The notes beneath the pieces were generated by a model, which was given only the letters and a program-made list of their open reading frames with translations, had not been told where the DNA came from and did not search any database. From a virus (lineage: Duplodnaviria > Caudoviricetes), in the IMG/VR virus record IMGVR_UViG_3300036798_000432, positions 1-58,643 of that record: a stretch of 58,643 nt of DNA; one strand, 5' to 3'. Of this stretch, positions 28,281-37,581 are shown one piece after another. A program made the translations under genes and the position numbers. The number at the start of each line of letters is the position of its first letter. Within the stretch, counting starts at the first letter, position 1.

Positions 28281-28976
28281 ATGTCGAAAACACTTCTCGC
28301 CGCAGCCGCCCTGACGCTGGCGGCCGTCGCGGCCGCCCTCTCTGGCTCAGCCCAGGCCGGCGTGCTGAATTGCGAGATCACCATCGACGGCGCGCAGGTC
28401 GCGACGTGCGCCACTTCGAGCACCGGCTCGCTGTCGTTTTCGAGCAACCTGGTGTCGCCGCTGTTCTCGTCAATTTCGCTAACCGCCGATGGGCCGCCTG
28501 TTCTGCCAAATCCCGATCTGAGTACCGTCACCCTCGACGTCTCGTCGTCGGCTGGCTTTTCGGGCACACATGTTCTGGGTGTCGATATTTTCCAAACCGG
28601 GGTTAGTGCGCCGGCCGGCACCACGCTGGAGAGCACGGCAACGATCAACGGGCTGATCAACCTGCCGGGGCCGACCACGCTCTCGGACGCCTTCAACGGC
28701 ACCGCCTCGACATTGGGCACCACCCTGCGAAGCTCGACCTTCGCTTCCACGTTTACCGGAGCGGTCGGGCCTTTCTTCGACGTCCTGAGCGTGCCGCTGA
28801 CCGCCGATGCGGAGCAGTACCTGATCACCTTTACGGCGCCGAACCAGAGCGCGAACGACACGATCCAGCTCCAGGGCGTCATTCCAAGCGTGGGCGAGCC
28901 GTCCACGCTGGCCTTGCTCGGCAGCGCGCTGATCGGCTTGGGTTTGTGGCACCGGCGCCGCTCGGGCCTAAGCTGA
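28281..28976 (+). CDS. Secreted protein with PEP-CTERM-like exosortase sorting signal
   Basis: Signal peptide, Ser/Thr-rich body, C-terminal VGEPSTLALLGSALIGLGLWHRRRS. Confidence 0.85.
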   Translation: MSKTLLAAAALTLAAVAAALSGSAQAGVLNCEITIDGAQVATCATSSTGSLSFSSNLVSPLFSSISLTADGPPVLPNPDLSTVTLDVSSSAGFSGTHVLGVDIFQTGVSAPAGTTLESTATINGLINLPGPTTLSDAFNGTASTLGTTLRSSTFASTFTGAVGPFFDVLSVPLTADAEQYLITFTAPNQSANDTIQLQGVIPSVGEPSTLALLGSALIGLGLWHRRRSGLS

Positions 28977-28984
28977 CAAACCGA

Positions 28985-29317
28985 TTACTTTGTTCGCGCG
29001 GCGGGGCGGCCTTGGGGCCGCCCCTTCTCTTTTCGGGTTGTTTGTCTCGACAGCAGCGCCAACCATTCGAGCAGGTCATGATTGAGCTGGGGTTCGTTCC
29101 AGTCTGGCTCGGGCAGCTGGTCGATGATTTTCTCGGGAACCGACAGAAATGTGTAGGCATTGTTGACGAAGGCGATCATCAGCTCGCGCATGTCGCCTTC
29201 GTCGATCTTGTGCCCCATGTTGCCGTGGAACGGCTCCAGAAGGTCGCGAAAGCAGTAGCAAACGAGACGCCGTGCCACCATGTGGGCGCGCGCCACCCGG
29301 TCGCGATCGTTCATCAT
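28985..29317 (-). CDS. Hypothetical protein
   Basis: 110 aa, DW.EP motif, SD present. Confidence 0.7.
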   Translation of the reverse strand: MMNDRDRVARAHMVARRLVCYCFRDLLEPFHGNMGHKIDEGDMRELMIAFVNNAYTFLSVPEKIIDQLPEPDWNEPQLNHDLLEWLALLSRQTTRKEKGRPQGRPAARTK

Positions 29318-29440
29318 TGGTCCATCCCTCAGAGTGCGAAGTTAGCCAGACAGACCACACCCCAGATCAGCGCCGCGAGCCCCAGGGAGGCCACCACGAG
29401 CAGGCTGATCTCCTGGGCAGGGTTCAATGGGCGCGGCATC

Positions 29441-29764
29441 TCAGTGCTTCGGCGCATCGTCGGGGAGCCCATCGAGCACCGCCTTCTCGACGTGGTCTTT
29501 GAACTCCTCGATCCGCTCCTCCTCATCCTCGGCCGCGATCATGCCCATCTCCCATGCCGCGGCGTGCGTCGCCTCCAGGATGGAGCAAATCGCGTACTGC
29601 ACCAGCTCGTCGCCGTCGCCCCACTGAAACCGCCAGGACAATTCCTCGGCGAGAAAGTCGGTCAGGAGCTGGATACGCAGGCGGCGATCGGTGAGCGGCT
29701 TTAGGGCCGCTTCCAGGGCGAGGTAGCCGCGCCGCTTGCGTTCCTGTTTGGTGATCCGTGGCAT
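29441..29764 (-). CDS. Hypothetical protein (Arg-rich N-terminus, acidic C-terminus)
   Basis: ATG at 29764, MPRITKQERKRRG. AAGGA SD. Confidence 0.7.
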   Translation of the reverse strand: MPRITKQERKRRGYLALEAALKPLTDRRLRIQLLTDFLAEELSWRFQWGDGDELVQYAICSILEATHAAAWEMGMIAAEDEEERIEEFKDHVEKAVLDGLPDDAPKH

Positions 29765-29790
29765 TGAGGGGGGGGGTCCTTTCCAGAGGG

Positions 29791-29991
29791 CTAATCGCGG
29801 TCGAAGCGGCCCCGCAGGTCGAAGAGCTCGATCAGGCGCTCGACCTCGCCGCGGGTGATATTGACGGTCCACACGCCGTCGACACCGGTGAGCTCGAATT
29901 GGGCGCCGGAGTTGTGGCGCTTTAGGGTGGCGTTGCTGTCCGACACGATGAAGCCGGCCGGGCTGTTATATTTGGTTCGCCAGATTTCCAT
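29791..29991 (-). CDS. Hypothetical protein
   Basis: GGAG SD, 66 aa. Confidence 0.65.
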   Translation of the reverse strand: MEIWRTKYNSPAGFIVSDSNATLKRHNSGAQFELTGVDGVWTVNITRGEVERLIELFDLRGRFDRD

Positions 29992-30003
29992 TGGGTGCTC
30001 CCT

Positions 30004-30753
30004 TCACGGGTTCTTTCGTTTGGCGCGTTGCCGGGCGACCCATTGCAATCGCCGGCCTTCTTCTTCTGCGGCTTTCCGGGCGGCCTTTTCGGCGGCGGCC
30101 GCGGCCATTGCCGCCTTGTGCAGCCGGGTTTTCTCGGCGAGCTCGGCGGCGCGCCGATTGGCTTCTTCGATGCCCTCGAGCCGAGCCTGCTCGAGAGCGG
30201 CGGTGTGGTCTTGGGCTGGCGAGGGCGGTTTTGACCGCTTGCGGGCGAGCCGATCGGCCGTTCTGGCCTCCTTGGCGGCCATCGCTTCGCGCTGGCGCTT
30301 TTGCCGTTTGCGCGCGGCCATGTTGTAATGCTGGGTGCACAGGCGGTCGCGATCCCAGTAGCGATCGATGGTTCGGCTGCAGCGTGTGCCGCGCAAGGTG
30401 CGAGCTTTGCAGCGGCCCAAGCCTGGGTATTTTGGCGGCGGGTCACGTATCGGGAAGCCCGCTAGGTCTCGCTCCAAGATTCCGCGCGCCATAGTCAGCT
30501 TGATCGGCAGAAGACGCGGATCGGGATCGGCGAGGAGCTCGGCCTGCTCCATGGCGGTCATCTCGACCAGTGCCAGCCCGCCAGCGGCCACCTGAAATTT
30601 GAGGGCTGTCTTGCAGTAGACGCACACGCTGATGTCGCCGGGCTTGGGCTGCGGGGCAGGGCCGCTGCCTTCGTCGTAGACGCTAACCCCGCTCAGCACC
30701 GTCCCGCAGCGCGGGCAGCGGGGTGCCGGATCTAGTTTGCGTGGTTCCCTCAC
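30004..30753 (-). CDS. Zn-binding protein (two CxxC plus a C-C-C-H finger) with basic helical tail
   Basis: CPRC, PKPGDISVCVYC, RCKARTLRGTRC...LCTQH. Confidence 0.7.
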   Translation of the reverse strand: MREPRKLDPAPRCPRCGTVLSGVSVYDEGSGPAPQPKPGDISVCVYCKTALKFQVAAGGLALVEMTAMEQAELLADPDPRLLPIKLTMARGILERDLAGFPIRDPPPKYPGLGRCKARTLRGTRCSRTIDRYWDRDRLCTQHYNMAARKRQKRQREAMAAKEARTADRLARKRSKPPSPAQDHTAALEQARLEGIEEANRRAAELAEKTRLHKAAMAAAAAEKAARKAAEEEGRRLQWVARQRAKRKNP

Positions 30754-30805
30754 AAGTCGCGGGTCCCCACGATCGCGGTTTCTGGCCCGACCCGTTCAAC
30801 CGGCA

Positions 30806-30970
30806 TCAGAGGATCCCACGCAACAGCGCGCCGATAAAAACGCCGAGCAGAAAGATCGCCGAACCGTGCAATGCCATCATCCGGGTCGTGTAGGGCGGCG
30901 GCATGTCGCGCAGCTCGTCGATGCGGCGCTCGAGCCTCTTGAGCAAGAGCTCGAAGCGATCGTCGTTCAT
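30806..30970 (-). CDS. Small membrane protein
   Basis: MNDDRFELLLKRLERRIDEL followed by a C-terminal TM helix. Confidence 0.55.
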   Translation of the reverse strand: MNDDRFELLLKRLERRIDELRDMPPPYTTRMMALHGSAIFLLGVFIGALLRGIL

Positions 30971-31143
30971 CGTGGGCGCAGCGGCCGCGGCCGTTTGGCG
31001 TTCTCGCCGTCTTCGCACCACTTTTGCAGGATGTAGCCGATGGTTGCCGCGCGCGACGGCGAGATCGGTTGCGCCAGACGCCATTCGTCGATCTTGTCGA
31101 TGATCTCCTGGTCGACGCGGATGTCGAGATGTCCAGCCTTCAT
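30967..31143 (-). CDS. Ribbon-helix-helix DNA-binding protein (58 aa, absent from the ORF track)
   Basis: My translation: MKAGHLDIRVDQEIIDKIDEWRLAQPISPSRAATIGYILQKW. GAGGA SD. Paralogue of 50370..50594. Confidence 0.8.
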   Translation of the reverse strand: MKAGHLDIRVDQEIIDKIDEWRLAQPISPSRAATIGYILQKWCEDGENAKRPRPLRPR

Positions 31144-31217
31144 GTGGCCTGTCCTCTTAACGGGTGTCCGTCCGTGATATCGGGCATCTCTTCCAAGTTT
31201 TCAAGGAGAAGGCGCTA

Positions 31218-32615
31218 ATGGGCTGGCAAAGCGGGACCTTTCACCGGCTCTATTCGTGGAACTCGGACGCCAACGCCGGGCTCGACATCCTGGCGCCGCG
31301 GATGGACTCGGATACCGACGACATCGCCAACGGGATCTCGAACTGTATCGCGCGCGACGGGCAGAATGTGCCGCTCGCCAATCTGTCGATGGGCGGGTTC
31401 AAGCACACCGGCGTGGCACAGGCGTCGAACCCGACCGACTATGCTCGGTTCGACCAGGTGCTGCTGAACACCGGCAATCAAACGATCAACGGCAATCTGA
31501 CGACCACCGGTACCCTGACGGTCACCGGCGGCACCACGCTCAGCGGCGCAGCCAGTCTCAACGGTGGTGCGAACATAACCGGCGGGGCGACGATCGACGC
31601 GCTGGCCGTCAGCGGAAACACCACACTGAATGGTGCTGCCACGCTCCATGGCGGTGCGACGATCAGCGGCGGGGCGACGATCGATCAGCTTTCCGTGACC
31701 GGCCCTGCCGGTGTCGGCGGTAATCTCAATGTCAACGGTGCCGCCTCTGTGGTCGGCGGCCTGACCAGCGGCGGCCTGGTCGTCAACGGCGGGAGCTCGC
31801 TCACCGGTATGGCCACGCTCAGCGGCGGCGCGAACATCACCGGCGGGACGACGACCGATCAGCTTTCCGTGACCGGCCCTGCCAGTATCGGCGGTAATCT
31901 CAATGTCAACGGTGCCGCCTCTGTGGTCGGCGGTCTGACCAGCGGCGGTCTGACCGTCAACGGCGGAGCCACGGTCAACGGGCCGCTGGTCGGGGCGGTC
32001 GACCGCATCATTTCGGTAGGCACCAACGCGCCCAGCCTGGCGGTGTACAACAGCACCGCCGGGGCGGGGTCTTGCCTGTGGATCGGCACCGGCGGTCTCA
32101 ATTTTGGCCTGGCTGACAGCACCGGCACCCCGACGACGGCATGGGGCTATTTCGACGCCAGCGGCAACTTCAATCTCGACTTTGGCCTAAACGTCACCGG
32201 TTACGCGAGCCTGAACGGTGGCTTGCGGGTCCAGAATGGCGACCTCAACGTCTACGGCAACGCCTACAAGCCCGGCGGTGGCGCATGGGGCGACACGGCT
32301 TCCGATGTGCGGCTCAAGCAGAACATCACGGATTACTCGGCGGGGCTCTCCGCGATCCGCCGGCTGCGTCCGGTGTCGTACCAATTCAACGGGCTCGGAG
32401 ACACGACCGCCGATGGGAAAACCTATTACGGACTGGTGGCGCAGGATGTTGTCGACATCATGCCGGAAATGGTCAGCCAGAGGCTGACCGAACGCCGCGG
32501 CGAGCCGGTCTCGTCTTACTACTACACGCTGGATGCCACGCCGCTGCTCTACGCCCTGGTGAACGGGTTAAAAGAGGTGGTCGAGCGCCTCGAGGCGCTG
32601 GAAATTCGCACATAA
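31218..32615 (+). CDS. Tail fibre 2 with virion-anchoring N-terminus and S74 chaperone
   Basis: DDIANGISNCIARDGQ..P.ANLSMGGFK; beta-helical L.V.G repeats; ASDVRLKQNI...GLVAQDV...MPEMV. Confidence 0.9.
   Translation: MGWQSGTFHRLYSWNSDANAGLDILAPRMDSDTDDIANGISNCIARDGQNVPLANLSMGGFKHTGVAQASNPTDYARFDQVLLNTGNQTINGNLTTTGTLTVTGGTTLSGAASLNGGANITGGATIDALAVSGNTTLNGAATLHGGATISGGATIDQLSVTGPAGVGGNLNVNGAASVVGGLTSGGLVVNGGSSLTGMATLSGGANITGGTTTDQLSVTGPASIGGNLNVNGAASVVGGLTSGGLTVNGGATVNGPLVGAVDRIISVGTNAPSLAVYNSTAGAGSCLWIGTGGLNFGLADSTGTPTTAWGYFDASGNFNLDFGLNVTGYASLNGGLRVQNGDLNVYGNAYKPGGGAWGDTASDVRLKQNITDYSAGLSAIRRLRPVSYQFNGLGDTTADGKTYYGLVAQDVVDIMPEMVSQRLTERRGEPVSSYYYTLDATPLLYALVNGLKEVVERLEALEIRT
31682..31966 (+). 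repeat. Internal ~110-bp direct repeat (period 174 bp) in tail fibre 2
   Basis: 31682-31792 is nearly identical to 31856-31966. Confidence 0.9.
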
Positions 32616-32624
32616 GGAGGAGAG

Positions 32625-33023
32625 ATGGCCAAGGGTCGACAGCATCCTGAGCGCAACGAACGGCTCGAGGAAGACCGCCGCCACGAGGAGGAGCGCGAGG
32701 AACGCGAAGATCACGAGCGGGAGCGCGCGGTGCAGCAGCAGGAAGGAGGCCAGGCAGAGGCGAGCGAGCGCCTCGAAGAGCAGACCATGCGGGCGGGCGA
32801 GCCGACACCGGTGCCGGCTGAAGTTCACGAGGGCGAGCCGGCGTTGCGGCCAGGCTCGGAGCGGGGTGAATTCCGGCCACTGATACCGCTGGCTCCATCG
32901 CCGGCAGAGCTGGCGATGTCCGAGGAGCCGCCGATCGCCGTCTCGCCGGACAACGAGCCCTTGATATTGCCGCCGGTGCCGGCGCCGGTGCCGGCCGACA
33001 AGCCGCTCGAGCCGGCTCCCTGA
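32625..33023 (+). CDS. Glu/Pro-rich disordered protein
   Basis: TAAGGAGG SD. Confidence 0.7.
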   Translation: MAKGRQHPERNERLEEDRRHEEEREEREDHERERAVQQQEGGQAEASERLEEQTMRAGEPTPVPAEVHEGEPALRPGSERGEFRPLIPLAPSPAELAMSEEPPIAVSPDNEPLILPPVPAPVPADKPLEPAP

Positions 33024-33094
33024 CCGGGCTGCCTCCGGGGATCGTCGATAAGCTTTTCGGTTGGGTCGACAAGCCGTGGAAGATTGCCGCGGCG

Positions 33095-33625
33095 GTGATC
33101 CTCGGGCTGACGGCGATCGCCGGCATCACCTTGTGGGAATACCGCGCCTCGGTTGCCGAGGCGATACTGGAGAACTGGGTCAAGCCAGCTTTGCACCCGG
33201 CTGCCTTTCCCAAGATTGCGGCCAAACTGATGGCCGACACCGGGGCTGAGATCGTGGTCCTCGCCGAAGTCGCGATCCGCTCGAACGTGATCAAGAACAT
33301 CGACGGATTGCGGCGCAATCAGCCGGGCTGGGAGCCGGCACTCAACCCGCGGCCGCTCTATGCTTCGATGCGCGATCCGGCCCGCTATGCGGCCTTTATC
33401 GAGGGCCGACCGGTGTGTCACGACATCGACTCGAATGCTGGCGAAGAGGAGCGGGCGGAGGCGGTGCTGGGGATCAAGCGGCGGTGTTATGTCGCTGTGC
33501 CGCCGGTGCTCGACGCATTGGTCGGGATACTCGCGATCGGCTGGACTTCGCGGCCTTCGGACGAGGCCGAAGCCGGAGCGAAGGGCCTGCTCTACACCGC
33601 CGCGACGCAACTGGCGTCGTGGTGA
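33095..33625 (+). CDS. Putative holin of T4 gpT architecture (single TM plus GAF-like domain); true start may be near 33020
   Basis: N-terminal TM, then a GAF-like CYVAVPP...VGILAIGW segment. Located at the end of a late unit. Confidence 0.5.
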   Translation: MILGLTAIAGITLWEYRASVAEAILENWVKPALHPAAFPKIAAKLMADTGAEIVVLAEVAIRSNVIKNIDGLRRNQPGWEPALNPRPLYASMRDPARYAAFIEGRPVCHDIDSNAGEEERAEAVLGIKRRCYVAVPPVLDALVGILAIGWTSRPSDEAEAGAKGLLYTAATQLASW

Positions 33626-33730
33626 GCTCGCGACATGCCGAAAATCGTCATCCAAAAGAGGACCGAGAGCACCACAGCGATTATAAAGCCTTCGGCCGCA
33701 CCTAGTGGGGCCGACTACCTCCCTGACTGG

Positions 33731-33762
33731 GGGATCGCCTTCGGCGGTCCCTCATTTTTTTT
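33731..33762 (+). terminator. Intrinsic terminator between convergent units
   Basis: GGGATCGC-CTTCG-GCGGTCCC followed by TCA and T8. Confidence 0.75.
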
Positions 33763-34414
33763 GCCCGCGGTAGCCGATCTGTGCGCGCCGCTCACCGACT
33801 CGGCCGCGGATCAATGAGGCGCTGGCCCCGGCGTCGCGGCCCGCTTCCGACGTGCCGGGGCCGCCAATCAGTTGTTCATGAAAGATTTCGTTGTGTGCCT
33901 CAAACCAGAGCTTGGCCTGACGGCTGGCCTCGACGATTGCCGGAGTGCCGTGCAGTAGAGTGCTAATCTTGCCGGCGAGCGCTTTGGCATAGGCAAAAGA
34001 AAACGCCCAGAGATTGTCAGAGCCTTGGGGGCTGTTCTTGTACTCAAGCCAGGCCTTAATTCGCTGATTATTGATCTCACCGATCATGTAGCGCCAAGCT
34101 TCGACGTCGGCGACGGTGCCGGCTACTCTGATGAGGATGAATTCGCCTTGCCAATACGCTTCGCAGCCGCACAGACGCGCAAGCGCTTGGGCGATAATGT
34201 ATTCCCACTGCGCACCTTTGGCCCAGGGGATGTGTTCTTCGATCTCAAACCGGGTGCGGCCCTTGCTGCCTTCAGTCAGGTCGACATTGAATTTGGTGCG
34301 CAATTCCTCAGCCATCGCCCGCGCTGTCGCCGCCTCCTCGGCAAAGCGCGTGCTGCCTGCGACAGCCAGCAGTTTGAGGATCTTGTCGATCAGCTTTTGA
34401 CGTTCTGGATCCAT
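33752..34414 (-). CDS. DUF2786-domain protein
   Basis: KLIDKILKLLAVAGS...EEAATARAMAEEL...; C-terminal AGRDAG. Confidence 0.8.
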   Translation of the reverse strand: MDPERQKLIDKILKLLAVAGSTRFAEEAATARAMAEELRTKFNVDLTEGSKGRTRFEIEEHIPWAKGAQWEYIIAQALARLCGCEAYWQGEFILIRVAGTVADVEAWRYMIGEINNQRIKAWLEYKNSPQGSDNLWAFSFAYAKALAGKISTLLHGTPAIVEASRQAKLWFEAHNEIFHEQLIGGPGTSEAGRDAGASASLIRGRVGERRAQIGYRGQKK

Positions 34415-34437
34415 CGCTTGGAACCGGCCCATCCGGG

Positions 34438-35424
34438 CTAAATGTCCAGCTTGGGGAAGGGTTCGGGTTTTTGCCCCTGGTTGACCCAGCGCAGCTGGCT
34501 AACCTCGCGGCCGGCGACGATCAAATTGGCGGCTTTAAAGGTCAGCGCGATCGACATGACCGGGTCTTTGATCTTCTTCGCCTTGCTCTCCAGAAAATAG
34601 GCGCGCAACTGGAAGAAGGGGTGAGTGACGGCGAGCGCGCCCGGGTCGATCATCGCCCCGATAAAGGTTTCGGCGATGTGCGGATTCACGGTCGACATCA
34701 CGTAATAGGCAAAGCCGGTGAGCGCCGGGTTGGCGACGAGCCGCGCCTTCATCGCCGCGTTCACCGCACGCTCGATGCCGGGATGCTCGCCATAGGCGAT
34801 CTGGATGTCGGAATTCTCGATGCGGTTGGCCGGCATCCGATGGGCTTCGATGACCCCGCGCTCGTACCGCAGGAGCCAACCCAGTGCGCCTGCGATCTGG
34901 TTGCGATAGGCCCGCTGACCACTCAGCGCGATGGTGTCGCCGCCGCTGCGCAGCCGGCGCACGGTGTCGATCGTGGCAAAAGCCTCGGGCTCGATGCCGT
35001 AGACGATCACCGTGTCAACCGCGATGTTGGCTTCGATGATCGCCCACAGCCGATGCTGACCGTCGAGCACGTCGCCGGTGGTCGAGATCTTGATCGTGTC
35101 GCCGTTGTAGCGCCAATGGCCGCCGATGATCTGGCGGGCGATGCGTTGGGTATGCTGATCGCTGAGCGGCCGGTTGAGCATGTTGCGCTCAAGGAGCTCG
35201 GTCGCCCGTTGCGGGGTCAATGTGATCTTCTGCGGCAGATTGGCGATTACGGCATCGGCGATGGTGCGCGCCTCCTTCTTCGACAACGTGCTGTCGGCGG
35301 TGACGGTCGGAGCGACCACCTTTAGACTGGGTCGTTTCGTTGTGGTTCGACGAAACGCGGTCGAGATCTTAGGCTCGGGGGGCTTTCTGCCGGGATCGCC
35401 CGGCGGATGTCCGCGTGTATTCAT
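34438..35424 (-). CDS. ParB/Srx-superfamily (DGQHR) protein
   Basis: TPQRATELLERN..NRPLS, W..NGDTI, LDGQHRLWA, TIDT.R.RS..D. Confidence 0.8.
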   Translation of the reverse strand: MNTRGHPPGDPGRKPPEPKISTAFRRTTTKRPSLKVVAPTVTADSTLSKKEARTIADAVIANLPQKITLTPQRATELLERNMLNRPLSDQHTQRIARQIIGGHWRYNGDTIKISTTGDVLDGQHRLWAIIEANIAVDTVIVYGIEPEAFATIDTVRRLRSGGDTIALSGQRAYRNQIAGALGWLLRYERGVIEAHRMPANRIENSDIQIAYGEHPGIERAVNAAMKARLVANPALTGFAYYVMSTVNPHIAETFIGAMIDPGALAVTHPFFQLRAYFLESKAKKIKDPVMSIALTFKAANLIVAGREVSQLRWVNQGQKPEPFPKLDI

Positions 35425-35426
35425 GG

Positions 35427-35885
35427 CTATTTCTCCGTGTTGTGAGTTGGCCGGGTCCAGAGTTCAATCAGTTCACCCAGGCGCTCGTGGGCGCGCAGCA
35501 GTTTCCGGTCGACCAAACCGGATCTGTCAAAGCGACGAGCGATGTCGACGACATCCTCCGTGCGCGGCAGGTCGGCCGCCTCCAGCGCCTGACATAATTG
35601 GCGCCAGACCATGCCCTTGAGACGCTGGGTTCGAATGCGGCTAGGAAAATCGCCGCGTTCCTCCATCGGGATTTGGGCTAGCCGACGGCGTTGTGCCGGG
35701 CTCAGGCCCAGGCGAATTTGGCGCGCGAGATTTGAGATCCCGGCCCCGGGTTCATGATCGCCCTGTTCGATGGCGCGGATTTCGGCGGCGGTGCCGTGCT
35801 TGAGAACAATCCTGGCGCTATAGCCTAGTGCGGTCGAGACGCCCACGATCCGGGTGGCTTCGACCATCGTGATAGTCGTTCTCAT
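35427..35885 (-). CDS. HTH-like hypothetical protein
   Basis: ITMVEATRIVGVS...AR.VLKHG. Coupled within the operon. Confidence 0.6.
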   Translation of the reverse strand: MRTTITMVEATRIVGVSTALGYSARIVLKHGTAAEIRAIEQGDHEPGAGISNLARQIRLGLSPAQRRRLAQIPMEERGDFPSRIRTQRLKGMVWRQLCQALEAADLPRTEDVVDIARRFDRSGLVDRKLLRAHERLGELIELWTRPTHNTEK

Positions 35886-35888
35886 TTT

Positions 35889-36143
35889 CTAGCCTGATGA
35901 CGAGGTGGATGTTTGTAGAAAATCGGCGACGCGAGCGGCGATCATCGCCCGCTGACTTTCGCGCAGCCCGCGCAGCTCGCGCTCAAGGGCCACCCGCTCA
36001 TCATCGTCCGCATTACCGAGAATGATCTCGCGCAGCCGCTCGGCGAGCGTTGCGCAATCGAGCGGCGGCCGCAGCGCGACGACATTTCGCGAACGCATCG
36101 CCTTGCGCAGCGCGCGTCGTTTGAGGTTTATGTCTTCAGGCAT
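35889..36143 (-). CDS. Hypothetical protein
   Basis: GGAG SD, 84 aa. Confidence 0.65.
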   Translation of the reverse strand: MPEDINLKRRALRKAMRSRNVVALRPPLDCATLAERLREIILGNADDDERVALERELRGLRESQRAMIAARVADFLQTSTSSSG

Positions 36144-36239
36144 GGGTGCTCCGTTGCTAGTGTCCCCAAAGGGGTTCGAACCCTTGTTTTCGCCGTGAAA
36201 GAGCGATGTCCTGGGCCGCTAGACGATGGGGACGAGATC

Positions 36240-36452
36240 ATGGCTAAGGCCAAAGACGAGAACGGGAAGGTCCCGGACGAGCTCTTCCGCCGGGTGTGGG
36301 GTCCGGTGCTCAATATCGACAACTGGGATGAGTGGGTGTTGGCGCCGGGAGCGCTGAACTTCACCGACGCCGAGACATGGGCGAAGAACCGCGGTAGCCC
36401 GGAGGCCGTTCCGCTGAGCAGCGGGCAGACCTTGGTGCGGCTGCGGCGCTGA
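36240..36452 (+). CDS. Hypothetical protein on the opposite strand inside a minus-strand operon
   Basis: MAKAKDENGKVPDELFRRVW, GC3-rich. A competing minus-strand ORF 36128..36493 looks less protein-like. Confidence 0.5.
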   Translation: MAKAKDENGKVPDELFRRVWGPVLNIDNWDEWVLAPGALNFTDAETWAKNRGSPEAVPLSSGQTLVRLRR

Positions 36453-36493
36453 TCGGCCCATTGCCAAAGGTCCTCCGGCGGGTCGCTGGGCAT

Positions 36494-36823
36494 TTATTTG
36501 GCCTCGCGCGGCCGCCTCCGGCGGCGATGGGAGAGGAACTCCTCGGCCTCGGGTGGGTCAGGCTGCGGCGCCTCGTGGGCCGCCAGGCGGGCTGCCAGGG
36601 CCCCTAGCGGCTCGGTCCCGAGCTCCTTGGCGAGCCGGTCGAGGCGCTGGGCCATACGAATCAGCCCATAGTCGATCTTGAAGGGGTCGGCCTTGGGCGG
36701 ATGAAAGGTCTTCGAGAGTTCCTCGAGAGACTCGGCCAGCCGCAGCAGCGCGTAGGCGAGCGCAAAGCCGGCGCCGTCCTCGTCAAGCGACCGATCGCGA
36801 AAATAGGTCAGGAGTTCGGTCAT
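36494..36823 (-). CDS. Hypothetical protein
   Basis: DGAGFALAYALLRLA motif. Confidence 0.65.
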   Translation of the reverse strand: MTELLTYFRDRSLDEDGAGFALAYALLRLAESLEELSKTFHPPKADPFKIDYGLIRMAQRLDRLAKELGTEPLGALAARLAAHEAPQPDPPEAEEFLSHRRRRRPREAK

Positions 36824-37076
36824 CGTGCTGCAGCTGCCGTGGCTTGGCGGGTTGGCGTGGCACTGGAGGCGGATAGATGTCCGGGCGTAGCAAGTGCCGC
36901 TTGCAGGTCACCGGGAACATCTTCTCGATCGTCAGCACATGATGAACCGGTACGCGCTTCCACAGGCAGGGTGCATTACCGGAGAGGCCGAGGCGGCGTC
37001 CGAGCTCGGCGAGGTTGCCGATCGCCGCCACGACGGCCCTGAGACCTGGGTCCTCTCGTTCCTGTCGTACGGACAT
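36783..37076 (-). CDS. Cro/YdaS-like HTH transcriptional regulator
   Basis: GNLAELGRRLGLS..A...WKRVP..HVL.IE...RHLLRPDIY. Confidence 0.85.
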   Translation of the reverse strand: MSVRQEREDPGLRAVVAAIGNLAELGRRLGLSGNAPCLWKRVPVHHVLTIEKMFPVTCKRHLLRPDIYPPPVPRQPAKPRQLQHDDRTPDLFSRSVA

Positions 37077-37221
37077 TCATCCCGTTCCTTCTGCAATTTG
37101 CCCGCTGTTCGGGCACGATAAGCCGGGATAAGTCTGGGGACAAAATTGCCGCTTGACAACCGATATGTTGCCGGCGTGTGCTGATTGTGCGCCTATCGCC
37201 GGCTTGGGTGGGGGAGAACCA

Positions 37222-37581
37222 ATGTCAGAACGCATCAAATTGCCGCCGCGACGACCGATCGTCACGGCCCGGTTGGCTGATCCGCTGACCGGGCACTGGC
37301 ACCTGACCACGGGTTTTGGCCTGGATGGAAAGGTGCGCGAGATCTTTCTCGACCATGCTGGCCATGCCGGCGAGCCCTTCGACGCGCTGATTCATGATGC
37401 CTGCATCATCTTTAGCCGCGACGCATTGCAGCGCGGCTGTACCGCCGCGGAGCTCGCCCGCAATCTCAGTGAACGGCCACCGTCGCTGTTTGCCCAGGCG
37501 TTTACGGTCGCCGCGGCTCTCGAGGCCGATTTTGGACCGAAACTTCTACACGGAGGAAGTGATGCAGCTTGCGACAGTTAA
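37222..37581 (+). CDS. Stand-alone TSCPD (NrdJ C-terminal-like) domain protein
   Basis: RIKLPPRR...TTGF..DGKVREIFL...S..ALQRG...EL...L. Confidence 0.7.
   Translation: MSERIKLPPRRPIVTARLADPLTGHWHLTTGFGLDGKVREIFLDHAGHAGEPFDALIHDACIIFSRDALQRGCTAAELARNLSERPPSLFAQAFTVAAALEADFGPKLLHGGSDAACDS

Noticed and set aside
26899-28293. Long antisense ORFs (this one, 522-1577, 14795-15850, 18479-19447, 55313-56311 and others)
   Set aside because: They are shadow ORFs of GC-rich genes: Arg/Pro/Ala-rich, without motifs, and opposite well-supported CDSs.
31682-31966. Repeat pair in a tail fibre as a DGR template/variable region
   Set aside because: There is no reverse transcriptase in the genome, mismatches are not confined to adenines, and both copies are in-frame internal repeats.
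36128-36493. Minus-strand 121-aa ORF continuing the operon
   Set aside because: It is Ser-rich with poor codon bias. The plus-strand ORF 36240-36452 looks more protein-like, though this is unresolved.
37222-37581. Ribonucleotide reductase gene
   Set aside because: Only the small TSCPD-like domain is present; there is no catalytic RNR barrel.
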